DNA of 64,000 bases from Emiliania huxleyi CCMP1516. Lineage: Eukaryota. The DNA lies in the NCBI RefSeq assembly GCF_000372725.1, contig NW_005202237.1, positions 1 through 64,000 of the forward strand. Reading direction: 5' to 3'. The stretch's first letter is position 1, and every line of letters begins with the position of its first letter. Under the pieces are notes generated by a model. It was given only the letters and a program-made list of their open reading frames with translations. It ran no database searches and was not told the origin of the DNA. Shown in pieces: positions 12,566 through 24,000 of the stretch. A program made the translations under genes and the position numbers.

Positions 12566-12916
12566 GCAATAGGTAGGTAGGTAGGTCCGGTTTTGACCGC
12601 CCCAGAGGGCCCCGCAATAGGTAGGTAGGGTAGGTAGGTGGTGGTGGTGGGGTGGGGGTGGGGGTGTTGGGGGGCAGGGGTTAAAAAAACCGCTTCGCTC
12701 GCGCGGGAGACGGCTAGCCGCGAACGGGCCATGGCCCATGCGCATGCCAGACGAGTCGCCTGCGGCTGGGACGCCAGCCGAGACGGGTGCGGCGGCGGCG
12801 CCCGCGGAGCCTATTCACAGAGGGCCAAACGGGTATTTTTCGCTTCGCTGCGCGGCCCGCAATAGGTAGGTAGGTGGGGCACGGAGCCTGGCGGTTGGCG
12901 CCCGCAATAGGTAGGT
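12566..12916. repeat. Four copies of (CCC)GCAATAGGTAGGT
   Basis: Copies near 12566, 12611, 12856 and 12901. Confidence 0.75.
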
Positions 12917-13008
12917 GAAAGGCAGGGCGTTTTTCGCGCCACTATCTACTCGAGTAAAGGAGGCTTGATGCCCGCGCCGACCACGAGCCAACTACCGCCG
13001 TCGCCGCC

Positions 13009-14088
13009 ATGCCGCCAGCCGCTCGCTCGGCCGCTCGCACCAGCAGCCTATACGCCAGCCCTCCCGACCGGATCGCCATCATCGGCACTGGCGTGATTGG
13101 CGCCTCATGGGCCGCGCTGTTTGCGGCGCGTGGCTTTGACGTGGTGGGCATGGTGCGGAACGAGCACGAGGCCAAGCTCTTTGCCGCGGCGGCCAGCGAG
13201 GCGTGGGTGCGTCTTCGCGCGCGTGGCATCGCGCGCGAGGCGGCTCCGACACGCATCCGGCACGTCTTTTCGATCGAGGAGTGCTGCGCTGGCGCCGTCT
13301 ATGTGCAGGAGTCGGTGCCAGAGAACCTGAGGCTGAAACAGCAGGTCGTCGCGCAGATCGACGCCGCCTGCCCGCGCGGCGTCCTCATCGGCACCTCCTC
13401 CTCCTTCCTCTCCGCGTCCCTCATCTCTCTCAGCTGCGCCGTCGACCCGTCCCGCGTGGTCACCGTCCACCCCTCGCTCCCTGCGTGGGACAACTTTGTC
13501 GAGGTCTTCAGCTCCGAGCCTTCGCACGTCGCCCGGCTCGTCGACCTGCTCGACTGTCAGCTCGGCATGGACGTCGTGCCGCTCGGCCGCGAGTCCCACG
13601 GCCACGTGCTGAATGCGATGCTGCTCTCCCTCGCAACCACCTCGGCGCTGCTCATCCGCTCGGGCGTCTGCAGCGCAGCCGAGGCGGACCGCGCCGCTTC
13701 GCACATGGGCAAGCTCATGTACGCGGGCGGCGGCGGCTCGGCCAACTACGTCGGGCTGATTGGCGGCGGCAAGCTCGACGGCGTGGTCGCGATCGCCACG
13801 GACGGCTACACAAACGTCCCGCTGGGAATGCTCGGCTCGGCGGTGACGGCGGTCTTTGGGCACGGGCTCCTCGGCCGCGCGCTGCTGTGGCTGCTGCAGC
13901 TCCTCCACGCGCCGCTCTCTCTCCTCGAGGGCTGGCTCCACCCGATGCGCGCGATCCAGACCTACTTCCTCTCCCCCTGCCTGGACGAGTACAGGCGGCT
14001 CGGCGGCGGCGACGCCCTGTGCCACCGCATCCTGCAGCGCGTGATCGCGCTCGACTCGGCGGACAACTTGCCGCCGCTGTCGGACTGA
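13009..14088 (+). CDS. 3-hydroxyacyl-CoA dehydrogenase family protein (carnitine dehydrogenase/lambda-crystallin-like)
   Basis: RIAIIGTGVIGASWAALF Rossmann motif, YVQESVPENLRLKQ, IGTSSS, VHPSLP, GHVLN; intronless, 359 aa. Confidence 0.9.
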   Translation: MPPAARSAARTSSLYASPPDRIAIIGTGVIGASWAALFAARGFDVVGMVRNEHEAKLFAAAASEAWVRLRARGIAREAAPTRIRHVFSIEECCAGAVYVQESVPENLRLKQQVVAQIDAACPRGVLIGTSSSFLSASLISLSCAVDPSRVVTVHPSLPAWDNFVEVFSSEPSHVARLVDLLDCQLGMDVVPLGRESHGHVLNAMLLSLATTSALLIRSGVCSAAEADRAASHMGKLMYAGGGGSANYVGLIGGGKLDGVVAIATDGYTNVPLGMLGSAVTAVFGHGLLGRALLWLLQLLHAPLSLLEGWLHPMRAIQTYFLSPCLDEYRRLGGGDALCHRILQRVIALDSADNLPPLSD

Positions 14089-15737
14089 GGCCGCGGGCGA
14101 CAGCCGAGCGGGCCGCGCGACAGCCGGGCCCCAGGCGCTGCGCACAGCGAGCGCTGCGAGCCATGTCCAGCATGTCCCATAGGCGAGATCATGTGAGACA
14201 ATGGGAGCCTTAAAAAACATGTCTCATGTGACATGCACATGTGCATGCACATGTGCATGTGCATGCACATGCACATGCACATGTGTGTCGAGGTTACGTT
14301 GTGCTGCTCCTGGACCCTTAAGTTTTATTCGCGGGGGAGGCAACCCCCCCGAACCCCAGCGCTATTTGGGGGGTATTCCCCTATTCTCGGGGACTCCCCC
14401 GCCATTTTTGTGGAAACGAAAGGCTCGCGAACAGCAGCCCCCCCCCCCCCCCCCCCCGCCCCGCCCCGAGTCCCGTTGTGGGAGTGCGTTGAAAACTTGA
14501 GCGGGTTGTCGGTTGAATATCGCGCACACAAGTCACAACACATCACGAAACCCGGGGCTTGTCATTTACTTCCGTTTTGCTTTCGGCCTGCTTTCGGCCT
14601 GTGAGAAAAATAAGAAGTCTCGAAAAAGTTTTTATTTTTTTTGCTGTTGCTGTTTGAGCGCTCTACCCAGCCTGTGCTGCTGTGCTGCTGCTGCTGCAGC
14701 AGACCGCACGACCGCAGACAGGAGAGATGCAGTCCCCACGGAGGAAGGGCAAAGGCAAGGCCCGGGCGCTCGTCCGGCCGACGCCTCCCCGCAAGTCGCC
14801 GCCGGCGCAACGGCTGGGCAAGCGAACACTCGAGCAGTCGGAGGCCGGGCCCTCAGCACCTCCGACTGCAGAGAAGGCACCTCCAGAACCTCCTTCGCCT
14901 CCAGTGGCTCCCGGAGCTCCAGTGTCTCCCGGCAATCGCAAGAAGATTGTCGTAAACACGGACGAGGCGCCCAATGCGCCGAGGAAGCAGCACTCGACGA
15001 GGAGTGCGACCGCCTCTGCCGGCCAGGCCTCCACGAGTCGAAAGCTCTTCGACGATGGCTGACGTCGCCGGATGTCGGCGCCCAACCACTCGTCGCAGGC
15101 CTGCGGCGCTGCGAGTCGCGGCACAGGCGCGAGCCTGCGGGCGCCACTCGTCCCGCGCGAGCAGGACACACGCTTCTTCCGCGATTGCCGCTCCAGGCGG
15201 CTGGCCGCATTCTCCTCGGGCTGGGGCCTACGTGGTGTTCAAGACGGCGGACATCCTCTCGCCCGCAGCGGGCGGCTCTCCTCGCTCTACGACCCAACGC
15301 GAGCACGCAGCAGGAGAGGCAGGCGCGCCGCGGCACCCACCCTCCCACCCTCACGGCAGCCTCGCCCGGCACGCACGCGCCCCGCAACCCATTTCCACAA
15401 GCGCTCCTTCGGGGCTCGCTCCCCTTTTCAGGCCCGTGCCGGTGCACTCGCTCTGTGGGCCGGCGCGGGCCTGGAGCAAAAGCAAATTCTCGTCTGACGG
15501 CGCCGGTAGAGAGAGAAAGCCGCGCGCGTAGCCCCATCCCCAAGGATGCCATGATTACACTTCACAACACACTACACAGACTACACACAGCTCCACCGTC
15601 CACCCACTATGCACTAATACGATAAAACGAACACAGCCGACACACGACACAGCGGCAGAAGTACCGTTTATTCATTATTCTTTATTGTGTGTCTTTTTTG
15701 GATTTTTTGCTTATTTTTTGCATTTTGGATTTTGCGA

Positions 15738-16649
15738 CTGGTTGGGTAGTAGTCTAAGTTCTGAGCCTGGAGGCCTAACGGGTCTAAGTGTGGCTAGCCA
15801 CGCTGGAGTGCTTGCGCGGTCTAAGATCAGCGGGAGCCTCTTACATCGGCTAAGTCGGCCGTGGACGGCCTGGGGCCAAGAGGCTCCCACCGTGATCAAC
15901 GTACAACGATACGGCGCAGCCCCCAAATTTTCTTCGCCTGCGGCGGGCGATCGATCCTTCTCATGCTCAGCAATCGCCGCCTCAGCATCCTCCTCTTCCG
16001 ATTCTCGTTGCTGCTTCTTGAGCGCAATCTTCGGCGACTTCTCGCCAAACAGTTCTCACAAATAGCCTCAAGCTCAAACAAACGCGTGTCAGAGAAGCCT
16101 GTGTATGCTGGTCCTCTTTGAACGATCCGCGCGTGAGGTAGCATAGGGCCTTGTTGGCAGCAGCCAGCTTGTTGCGCTGCTTCGTTGCGATGAGCTGATT
16201 GGGATCGCAGAAGTGCATGCCAAGCACCGCCACGATCTTGAAGCAGAACACATCGCAACCGCATCGTCCGCACTGCCATCGGCATGCCGCGCCCGCCGCT
16301 TCGCCGCAGCCGCCTTAGGCACGCATAGCGGCAGCATATGGTACGTTGCGCGTACTTGAGCAGGCGTTGCGCGCCGCAAGTAGCGCACTGGCCCTGGGAG
16401 AAGGCGATATGGCGTCGTGCGCGCGGCAAACGTTGGTCGGGACGCGTCCAGGTATTTTTCGGGCAAACCTGAAAGCTTTTCAGGTATACCCGGGTTTTAC
16501 CCGGAGTTGGCCTTATGTCGTCTAAGTTCATGCCCCCCGACCATGAGGGTCTAAGTCTGAGCCCGGCTCCGTGCGGGGGCTAAGTTGAGCGCTCGCTCGC
16601 TGCAGAGGCTAAGTGTAGAGCGACCCTCTAGCCCTACTACCCAACCATT
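15738..16649. mobile_element. Non-autonomous TIR element with 9-bp TSD (Mutator-like by TSD length)
   Basis: TIR TGGTTGGGTAGTAG / CTACTACCCAACCA; TSD ATTTTGCGA at 15729-15737 and 16650-16658. Confidence 0.8.
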
Positions 16650-17881
16650 ATTTTGCGATTGCGCTCTGGGGGGAGGCGGGGCCCCTAGCGGGTACCCATG
16701 CGGGGGGAGATGGGGTCCCATGGCCCGCCGCAGGCGCCGATTTAAAAGCACGTCTTGTCCTTTTGCCTGCGGAAACGTTCAGCTCCCCCACTCGTGTCCC
16801 CGCCCGCCGGTCTCAAAGAGAACCCCGGACAAGCTCCGTTGCCACCTTCCAGTGACTGTGCAGCTCTTCGCTATGCCAGAGACCCCCAAGGCTACGGCGC
16901 CGGACTGGGCGAGCTCCCCCGCCGACACGACACAGCGGCAGAAGTACCGTTTATTTCATTATTGTGTGTCTTTTGGATTTTGCTTATTTTTTGGATTTTG
17001 CGATTGCGCTCTGGGGGGAGGCGGGGCCCCTAGCGGGTACCCATGCGGGGGGGGGGGGGGGACCCATGGCCCGCCGCAGGCGCCGATTTTTTTGCGATTT
17101 TTTCTCTTATGCCCGATTTTCTACTTGTTTTCATGAGAATTCGCGTATTGCGCGACCATCCATGCTATCACGCCTTGCGACAGCCTGTCGGCGCTGCTGA
17201 CCGTGCCATGCTGCTCAACTGACCGCCTGCATAGCTCGCGGCCTTAGTCTTTGGCATTCAGTGACGACCTGATCGTACGGCCAGTAGGAAGGTGTCCTTC
17301 CAGCGCGTGCACGCTTCTGACGCAATGCGCGTCACAAACTGCCTCGGATTGGCTGCTGGCACTCTCGAGGCTATGGCTACACAGCCTCGCGCGCATGGGC
17401 AGTCAAGAGGGACCATGCACCTTCTCACGACAGCGCCGGTGCCTCTCTCTTGGACCGGCAAACGTGGTGGTCTCGTGTCACCAATGTGGGACCAGTGCGG
17501 CATCGCGCCATCGACAGCTCTGAACTGCGCCTCACCACTGACCGGGAAGGCCGCCAAGTGGGTCAGCACCGGTCGCACATTGTGGCAGCAGTCAGTAGTG
17601 CATGTCTGATAGCTAGAGCAGCAGCGTCAGGGTCGCAGGGTCGGATCGTGTCAAGCCTCTCGCCCGGCCGGCCGCGTGCAGACGTCGGCCTGTCTGCTGT
17701 CTGGAGTGATCTGTCGGCGGTCAGTACGACCGATCAGGTCGGAGTTTTCTGATGGCTGGAGGGTCTATCTGTATGTACTCCTCGAGACCTCTCCAAATCT
17801 GCCCTCTAATCAACCGTAATCATTCGGGAAGTCGGTGGTATGAGCGAGTATGAGCGCCGGGGCCCCGTTTCCGCACTGCGG

Positions 17882-19314
17882 CCGTCAGGGGCGGCGACCC
17901 CCCCATCTACTGATGATATGCGCATCCTAGATGCCAAACGCCATCTAGGATGCGTTTTCCATCTAAGGACACCGGGTGTCTCCACTATGATTGGGTTCTC
18001 CAAGAAGATTCAATTATCTTTAGATGGTGCCCCGCGTCTTTTGAGTTTTGTGTTTTGATAGCCCGTGACATCTCAGATACTGCAGTCGTCTTCAGACGCA
18101 CAAGTGTGCCGAGATGATACCCTCATCTTGGGTTAGTCCATGCATCCCAGGATGCAATGTGGCATCTGAGGATGCGCAATGCATCTCAGGAACATGAGCG
18201 CGTTGTCGGTTTTTTTCACTATTTTTCGATCGACAGTGTCGGAGTTTTTTGCCGAACCCGAACCCGAAATAAAAACCAGTCTTACATATACAACCTTCCA
18301 TAGTGTAGAAAAGTCAGCATTAGCACAAGGGCTAAGTGCCCCCCACCATCACTCACTGGCTCCCAGTTCCATCACTATCAGTAGTATTCCACAGACAACA
18401 GAGTAGTTAGTGCTTAGTCACATCACACTTACATAAAAAATTAGATATTCTTACCTTCTTGCCCCCCTCCGAGACTGGAGACAGTCACCACCCGTACACA
18501 GGAGAAATGGGAGTGCGCCCCGCCCCCGCTTGCCCTGCCTGCGCAGGATAGCGTGCCCCGATGACGGCGACACATAGCGGGGTACACTGCGCAAGGAGGG
18601 GGTGCGTCGCCTTTCTTTGTCCTCTCGAGGGAATGTTCTCTCGACGCCCATGGCCTTTTTCTGAGGTTTCGTACTAATGACGTCCTTCTTGGCACTTCGG
18701 GCGTCGGTTGTGCGTATCTGTAGTGTCTATTCCCTCGGTAATGTGTTACGGGTATCGGTCACTGAGTGGACGCTATCTCTAACCATTTGATCTACGTTTG
18801 CCGACTTCGGCCGTCCGCCTCTCGATGGTCGAGTGGCTTCCGGATCGAATCGGCGACTATGACCCTTATAATTTTTTTCACACCTGGCGGGCCCAATTTT
18901 GCTCAGATGCACCTCCGAATTCGAAATCGCGTCCTCACGCTTAGCGCTTGGTGTGCGTCCGTTTTTCGTCACGGGTGTCGTGTGATCACACTTACATAGC
19001 CATACTAGTAGCAGCTGAGATTAGCATAGATTCATAGTCTCCACTCCCACTTTGATCCAAGGGCTCACACGCCGCTCAAGTCTTTAAATTTAACTTGTAT
19101 TTTAATGATTAAATGCCAAGCATCTTGGGATGCGACGCATCTTCAGATGATTCGAGCATCCCAGGATGCTCCGGCATCTTAAGTTGAAAATACCATCTAG
19201 AGATGCTCGAGCATAGGCAAGACAGTGTGCAGTCCAAGTAGGGCGCATCTTAGATGCATATTATCTCAAGATGCGCATATCATCTGTAGATGGGGGGGTC
19301 GCTGCCCCTGACGG
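17882..19314. mobile_element. Nested TIR element with CATC-N3/4-GATG subterminal arrays
   Basis: About 45-bp imperfect TIR CCGTCAGGGGCGGCGACCCCCCCATCTAC..GATGATATGCGCATC. Absent from the 59 kb copy of the host element. Confidence 0.85.
18436..18984. mobile_element. Third-level insertion flanked by a 14-bp direct repeat
   Basis: ATCACACTTACATA at 18422-18435 and 18985-18998. Confidence 0.6.
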
Positions 19315-19553
19315 GCGCGGCGCACGGTGCCTCCGGGGGCCCCCGCCTCCCCCCAGAGCGATTGCGTGTGCCGTTCGGTGTGCCCGTGTCATGACTCATG
19401 AGAGCCCATTCGTTGACGCAATTAAAGTGTATATGTGCACAAATCCCGCCGTGTGACGCGTCCCGAGATATGCACGCGTGGCGTCAGCCGTCACACGACG
19501 CACTCGCAGACCGACTGATCCGTGATCGTGATGATCCACTCTCCACCACGAGC

Positions 19554-22302
19554 TCAAAAAATGTACCAGAGAGTCTCCCCCTCGACCAAGCCGAGCCCTC
19601 TCGCAACTCGCTGAATCTCGCCCTCCCCGCCCTCCTCGGCGCGGCGAAGCGAGACGCAGACCGCGACGGGTCCGCGGATGTCGCGCGTGTGCACGACGGG
19701 GAGGGTGAACGGCGGCAGCAGCGCGCCGTCGCTGCCGCGCAACCTGTGGTTGGTGTACAGCTCGCCCACCTTGCGCGGGTTGATGTCGGCGAGCGCGACG
19801 ACGCGCGACCGCGCGGCGGCCGAGAGCGCGGCGACGAACGCCTTCCCGTCCCTGCCCGCGCCCCAGACGGTGAAGGTCGCCCAGCGAGGGTCGCTCAGCA
19901 CGCGCCGCTCGAACGCGGCGGCGCGAGCCTGCAGCAGCGTCCTGCGGTCGACGGTGGACGTCATCGACGAGGCGGTCCACCTGAGGACAGCGATGGACGA
20001 GTCGTGGACGTGTGCGCCCCTCCTCAACATCCGCCTGGCGAGGCCGCGCCGGTAGAGGAGGAGCGGCTCCTCGCGGCTGCCTACGGGGGCGTGTCGCGGA
20101 CGTGTCCCGGACATGTCGTCGGCCGGGCAGAGGAGCGGCTCCTCGCGGCCGCCGACTCGGAGGAGCGGCCGCTCTGCGCGCGCGGCCCGGTCGAGGTGCG
20201 CGTGGAAGAAGAGGAGGTCCTCGGCAGGCACCTCCTGTGGACGCGTCCTGGGACGGGTCACGGACGGAAGGAGAGGGCGAGGCGCCTCCGCGGGCACGCT
20301 CCTCGAAGCCGCCGACCGCGTCGAAGGTTGCTCGCGCCATGGCCCAAGTGGGCATCTGGACCGTCGTCTCCTGCGCGGCCGAGAGGGCGCTGGGGCGAGG
20401 CGCGGAGCAGGGGGTTTGCGAGGGCGGGAGAGGCACCCGGAACTGGTGCAGCCAGAGCCCCTCCTCGTCGAGGGAGTGCGCCCACGCCTCGTGGTGCGCC
20501 GTCGCGCCGTCCGGCCACCGCCGCCACGCCCCGCCGACAAGGGAGCGGGGCGAAGCGGACAGCGCGGCGACCTGCAGCTCGACGCGCCGCGGCAGCATGA
20601 CTAGCGGGCGAGGAGGCGGCGCGGTGAGTGGGCGGCGAGGGGAGTGGCGGCTCGTGCCGTCGGGGAGCAGGCGCCGTCGTCTGCGTCGAGGAAGGCGAGC
20701 AGCGAGCCCGACGACTGCGCAACGGCGCGGTTCTTTGCGAACCCGATCCCGCCCGCCTCGGCGTGCGCGTCTCCGCCCCACCGCGACCCCGACGCGACAC
20801 AATCGACCCGGGCGGCGCGCAGCCGAGGGATCCACGCCTCGATGAGGGCGCGGGTGCCGTCGGAGGAGCCGTCGTCGAAGATGGACACCTCGAGCGGCCC
20901 GCGGTACGTCTGCGCGAGCACCGACGCCAGCGCCTCGTCGAGGCACCACGCCGCGTTGTGCGCCGGCACGACGAGCGAGACGCGCGGCAGCGACGGGTCG
21001 ACGTCGCGCGGCCTGCCCTCGGCCGCGGCGCCGAGCCGAGCAACCTCGGCCGCGAGCGACTCGGCGGAGGCGACGGAGGGGCGCTTGGGCGGCGGGAGGA
21101 GGAGCGCCTCGTCGGGCGGCCGCTTGGACGGCTCGCCTAAGGACGCCCTTAGCTCGCCGGCCGGGCATGGCTCGCCGGCCGAGCATGCCGCAAGCCCCGC
21201 GGAAGAAGCGCACCCTGCAGAGGCCTCGCCGGAGCGCGAGGGCGGAGGGGCGGAGAGGAGGGCGAGGCTCCGCACTCCGTGCGCCGCAAAGGCCTCCGCC
21301 GTCACACGCGCCATGCCGTTGACGAGCACGCGCGGCGTGGCGGCCCGGTTGCTCGTCCCGCCGTGCACGAGCCACGGGTGCAGGAGTACCACGTCGCCCG
21401 CCTCGCCGCACACCTGCAGCACCTCCGCCTCGGACGCCGCACCCTCCTCCTCGTGGGCCGGCTCGCCCGCCGCCGCCCGGCCGCCGCCGCTCTCCCGGGC
21501 GAGCCGCAGGCAGCCCGCCTCTCGCCGCGCCCCCGCCTCGCGAGCCGACCAGCCGTTGAGCTCGTCGTGCGGCACGCCTGCGGGACATGCCGCGCACACG
21601 TCGTGGACGTGTCACGGACCGGCCGACGAGCCGCTCGCGCCGCTCGCCGCGCTCTCCCACCTCGCGCAGCGCCGCCGCAACCCACCGGTGAGAGCCGCGG
21701 ATGAGCGCGGTGCCGCCGCCGCCGGGCGACCATCCCGACCCGAGCAGCAGCACGACGGCGCCCTGGAAGGGGTGGCCCTCGCTGGTGCGCGCGGCGCCTG
21801 TGTCAAAGCCAGGTCCGATGTCGACGTGCCAGCCACGCCACCGCTCGCCGCGGCGGTTCACTGGCGCCCAGCTCCCGGCCGGGTCGTCGCAGCCTCCGCG
21901 CTCATCGGGGAATGCGACCGGGGCGTACCAGTGCCGCACGGGCACGCGGCCGCCGTCGGTCGGCGCGGCCGCGTTGACGGGAAGCTCCCAGCCACCCTCG
22001 CCCAGAATCGCGTCGAGCGCCGCAACGAGCCGCGGCGAGGCGACGAGCTCGGCCCAGTGTGCTGCGTCGCCCGGCGGCGTCACCTCCAGCACGCGGCGAG
22101 ACCCGCCCGAAGGCCACGTGTCTGGCCGATCGAGGCTGGCCGACGCCTCACCAGACTCGGCGGCGATGGACGGCGCCTCGAGCTCCCTCGCGATCTGCGC
22201 CATCAGCGACTCCATCGTCGCCGGCTCCACAGCCCGTCGGATCGTCACCCAGCCGTCGCGGGCAAAGGCCGCGCGGAGGCGGTCGGCGTAGACCGTGGAC
22301 AT
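19554..22302 (-). CDS. PhyH-like 2OG-Fe(II) dioxygenase fused to a B3GNTL1/QTGAL-like GT2 glycosyltransferase; spliced
   Basis: Dioxygenase: GWHVD and LLHPWLVHGGTSN..PR. GT2: VSLVVPAHNA..FDDGSSD..GIGFAKNRAV..FLDADD, EDLLFF, FTVWGAGRDGK..ADINPRKV..VAVCV..GLVEGETLWYIF. Confidence 0.8.
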
Positions 22303-22392
22303 ATATTTATGAGAAAGCGATTCTCCCAAGAATTTTAGTGCGCCACACTGCGTGGCGCACTCTGTGGTCTCAAAAGAATTCTGCGCCCCGCG

Positions 22393-22443
22393 CTTGAGCA
22401 CTTGAGCACTGGATAGGGTCGATTCCGCATGGTACGGGACCCC
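22393..22443 (-). repeat. 51-bp dispersed repeat, copy 2
   Basis: Matches 11192-11242. Confidence 0.85.
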
Positions 22444-22581
22444 ACACTAACTAGGCACCGGACTGGCGCGCACTGGCACTAACACAGGTACATCACGGGA
22501 GCCGCCTAAGTAAGTAAGTGACTCCTGCGAGGACGGCGAGGCACTTAGCTCCGTGCACTCGACCGCGGCCCTCGCCGCAGG

Positions 22582-23042
22582 TTGGGCTGTAGCAGGTTTG
22601 CCTCTCGCACCCCGTCTCTTTTCCTTTCCTTTTTTCTCTACTCGGTTTTCCTCTCTCTTTTCCCGGGAAAACTCCGTGGAAATCGTCAAATTTTGGGCTC
22701 TGTCCTCTGAGCCGAGTCTATCTCTCTCTCTCTCTCTGAGGCTGGTTTGGGCCCAAAATCAGCCAAATTTTAGGCCAAATCGGCAAAATGCCGGGAATTT
22801 CGCGGAGAACCCGTGTATACCTGGAAATTACCCTGCGACCGCCTGTGTATTTTGTCGATTTCCTCAATTTTGCCTCAGATTTTGCCCCAGAAGAGCTCTC
22901 AGACTCAGGGAAACTCGCGAGTTTCCAGAATGGAGCACCAAACACCTCTGAGCTCTGTTTTCCCTGGAAATTTCCGGAAACGCAAAGTGCTGGGGACCCT
23001 CTGTTTTCCTTTTTGTTTGCCGGACAACCTGCTACATCCCAA
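22582..23042. mobile_element. 461-bp MITE-like element with 8-bp TSD
   Basis: TIR TTGGG(C/A)TGTAGCAGGTT; TSD GCCGCAGG at 22574-22581 and 23043-23050; internal GGAAA/TTTCC motifs. Confidence 0.75.
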
Positions 23043-23049
23043 GCCGCAG

Positions 23050-23300
23050 GCAAGCTCATGCACAATCTGCTCTGCGATGGCCGTGTGAAGAACGACTGAG
23101 ATGCGCTGCTTCTGCAGCCCTAAGCCAACTCTTGGTGGTCCAAGTCACCTCATCGAGGTACTGGGCCCGCGTCAGCTTGTTTCTGCAGCACGTTCGCCGC
23201 CTTCCAGAGGATCTCGCCGACCCCCTTCCCGAACACCCACCGAACGACTCGAACAGCAGCAGCTGCACGTCGACGTCCTTGCTTGTCCTCCGCGCTGGGC
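23050..23300 (-). mobile_element. Decayed non-LTR retroelement 3' fragment
   Basis: DVQLLLFESFGG..NKLTRAQYLDEVTWTTKSW, similar to the LLLHETFGG motif at 39.3 kb. Confidence 0.5.
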
Positions 23301-24000
23301 CTGGTACAGCGATACTCGCCGCCATCGATTAAGGACGGTATGCGGCGGTCGCCGCCCACACCCACCTCACCCTCCCGCCTCCCCCCCCTAGTCAGCCAGC
23401 GACCCGTCCCCTGCCCCCTCTCGCCCAAAGAATTTTCATTCGGCGGAAGTCCCTCTCACAGCAGACTGGCACGGGTTGTACTCGAGTAGGGTTTCTTTCT
23501 TTCTTCATTCAGCAGACTGGCACGGACTGGCGCACCACAAAAGGCACAGCAGGCGACGGTCCTTTATGAAAGAGAGAACCCAAGGGAGGGAGGAAAGAAA
23601 GAAAGAAAACAACCCAAGGGAGGACGGCACAGGGCCCGGGAAGCGCGAATAAAGCCTGTCCACCTGTTTTTCACACCTTTGAAAAGGCCGTTCAAACGCA
23701 CCCTCTCGCCCCATGCAGCCGGCTGCTTGCTGGTGGCACTAGGGCCGCTGGGACGCGCAAGAAGAATGAGCAAAAAAGACGAAGATGGCGACGAGCACGA
23801 GCATGCCAAAGTGGGACTTCGCGTGCGGGTCGAGGGGCAATCCAAGCTCTCTTCACAGGGGTTACAGGTGGTCGGCCTGACTGGAGGACGGGCCCCGTGC
23901 GCGCTCCCAGCGCCGAGCCGCGGCCCCACGCGCCACCTGGGCTGCCTCTGGCACGGCCGGGGTCCGCCGAGAGGCTGGGCTTGGCCGGCGGCGCGACGCG

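Larger units (their letters stand above)
17009..19358 (+). mobile_element. About 0.9 kb TIR element with 8-bp TSD, expanded by nested insertions
   Basis: TIR CTCTGGGGGGAGGCGGGG; TSD CGATTGCG at 17001-17008 and 19359-19366. Uninterrupted inverted copy at 59074-59986. Confidence 0.92.

Noticed and set aside
14727..15330. Basic Pro-rich ORF and neighbouring frames as a gene
   Set aside because: Broken frames, no recognisable motif, adjacent to a transposon nest.
19396..22401. 1001-aa ORF and the many Arg/Ala/Pro-rich overlapping ORFs
   Set aside because: Stop-poor shadow frames of GC-rich DNA; only the spliced frames carry family motifs.
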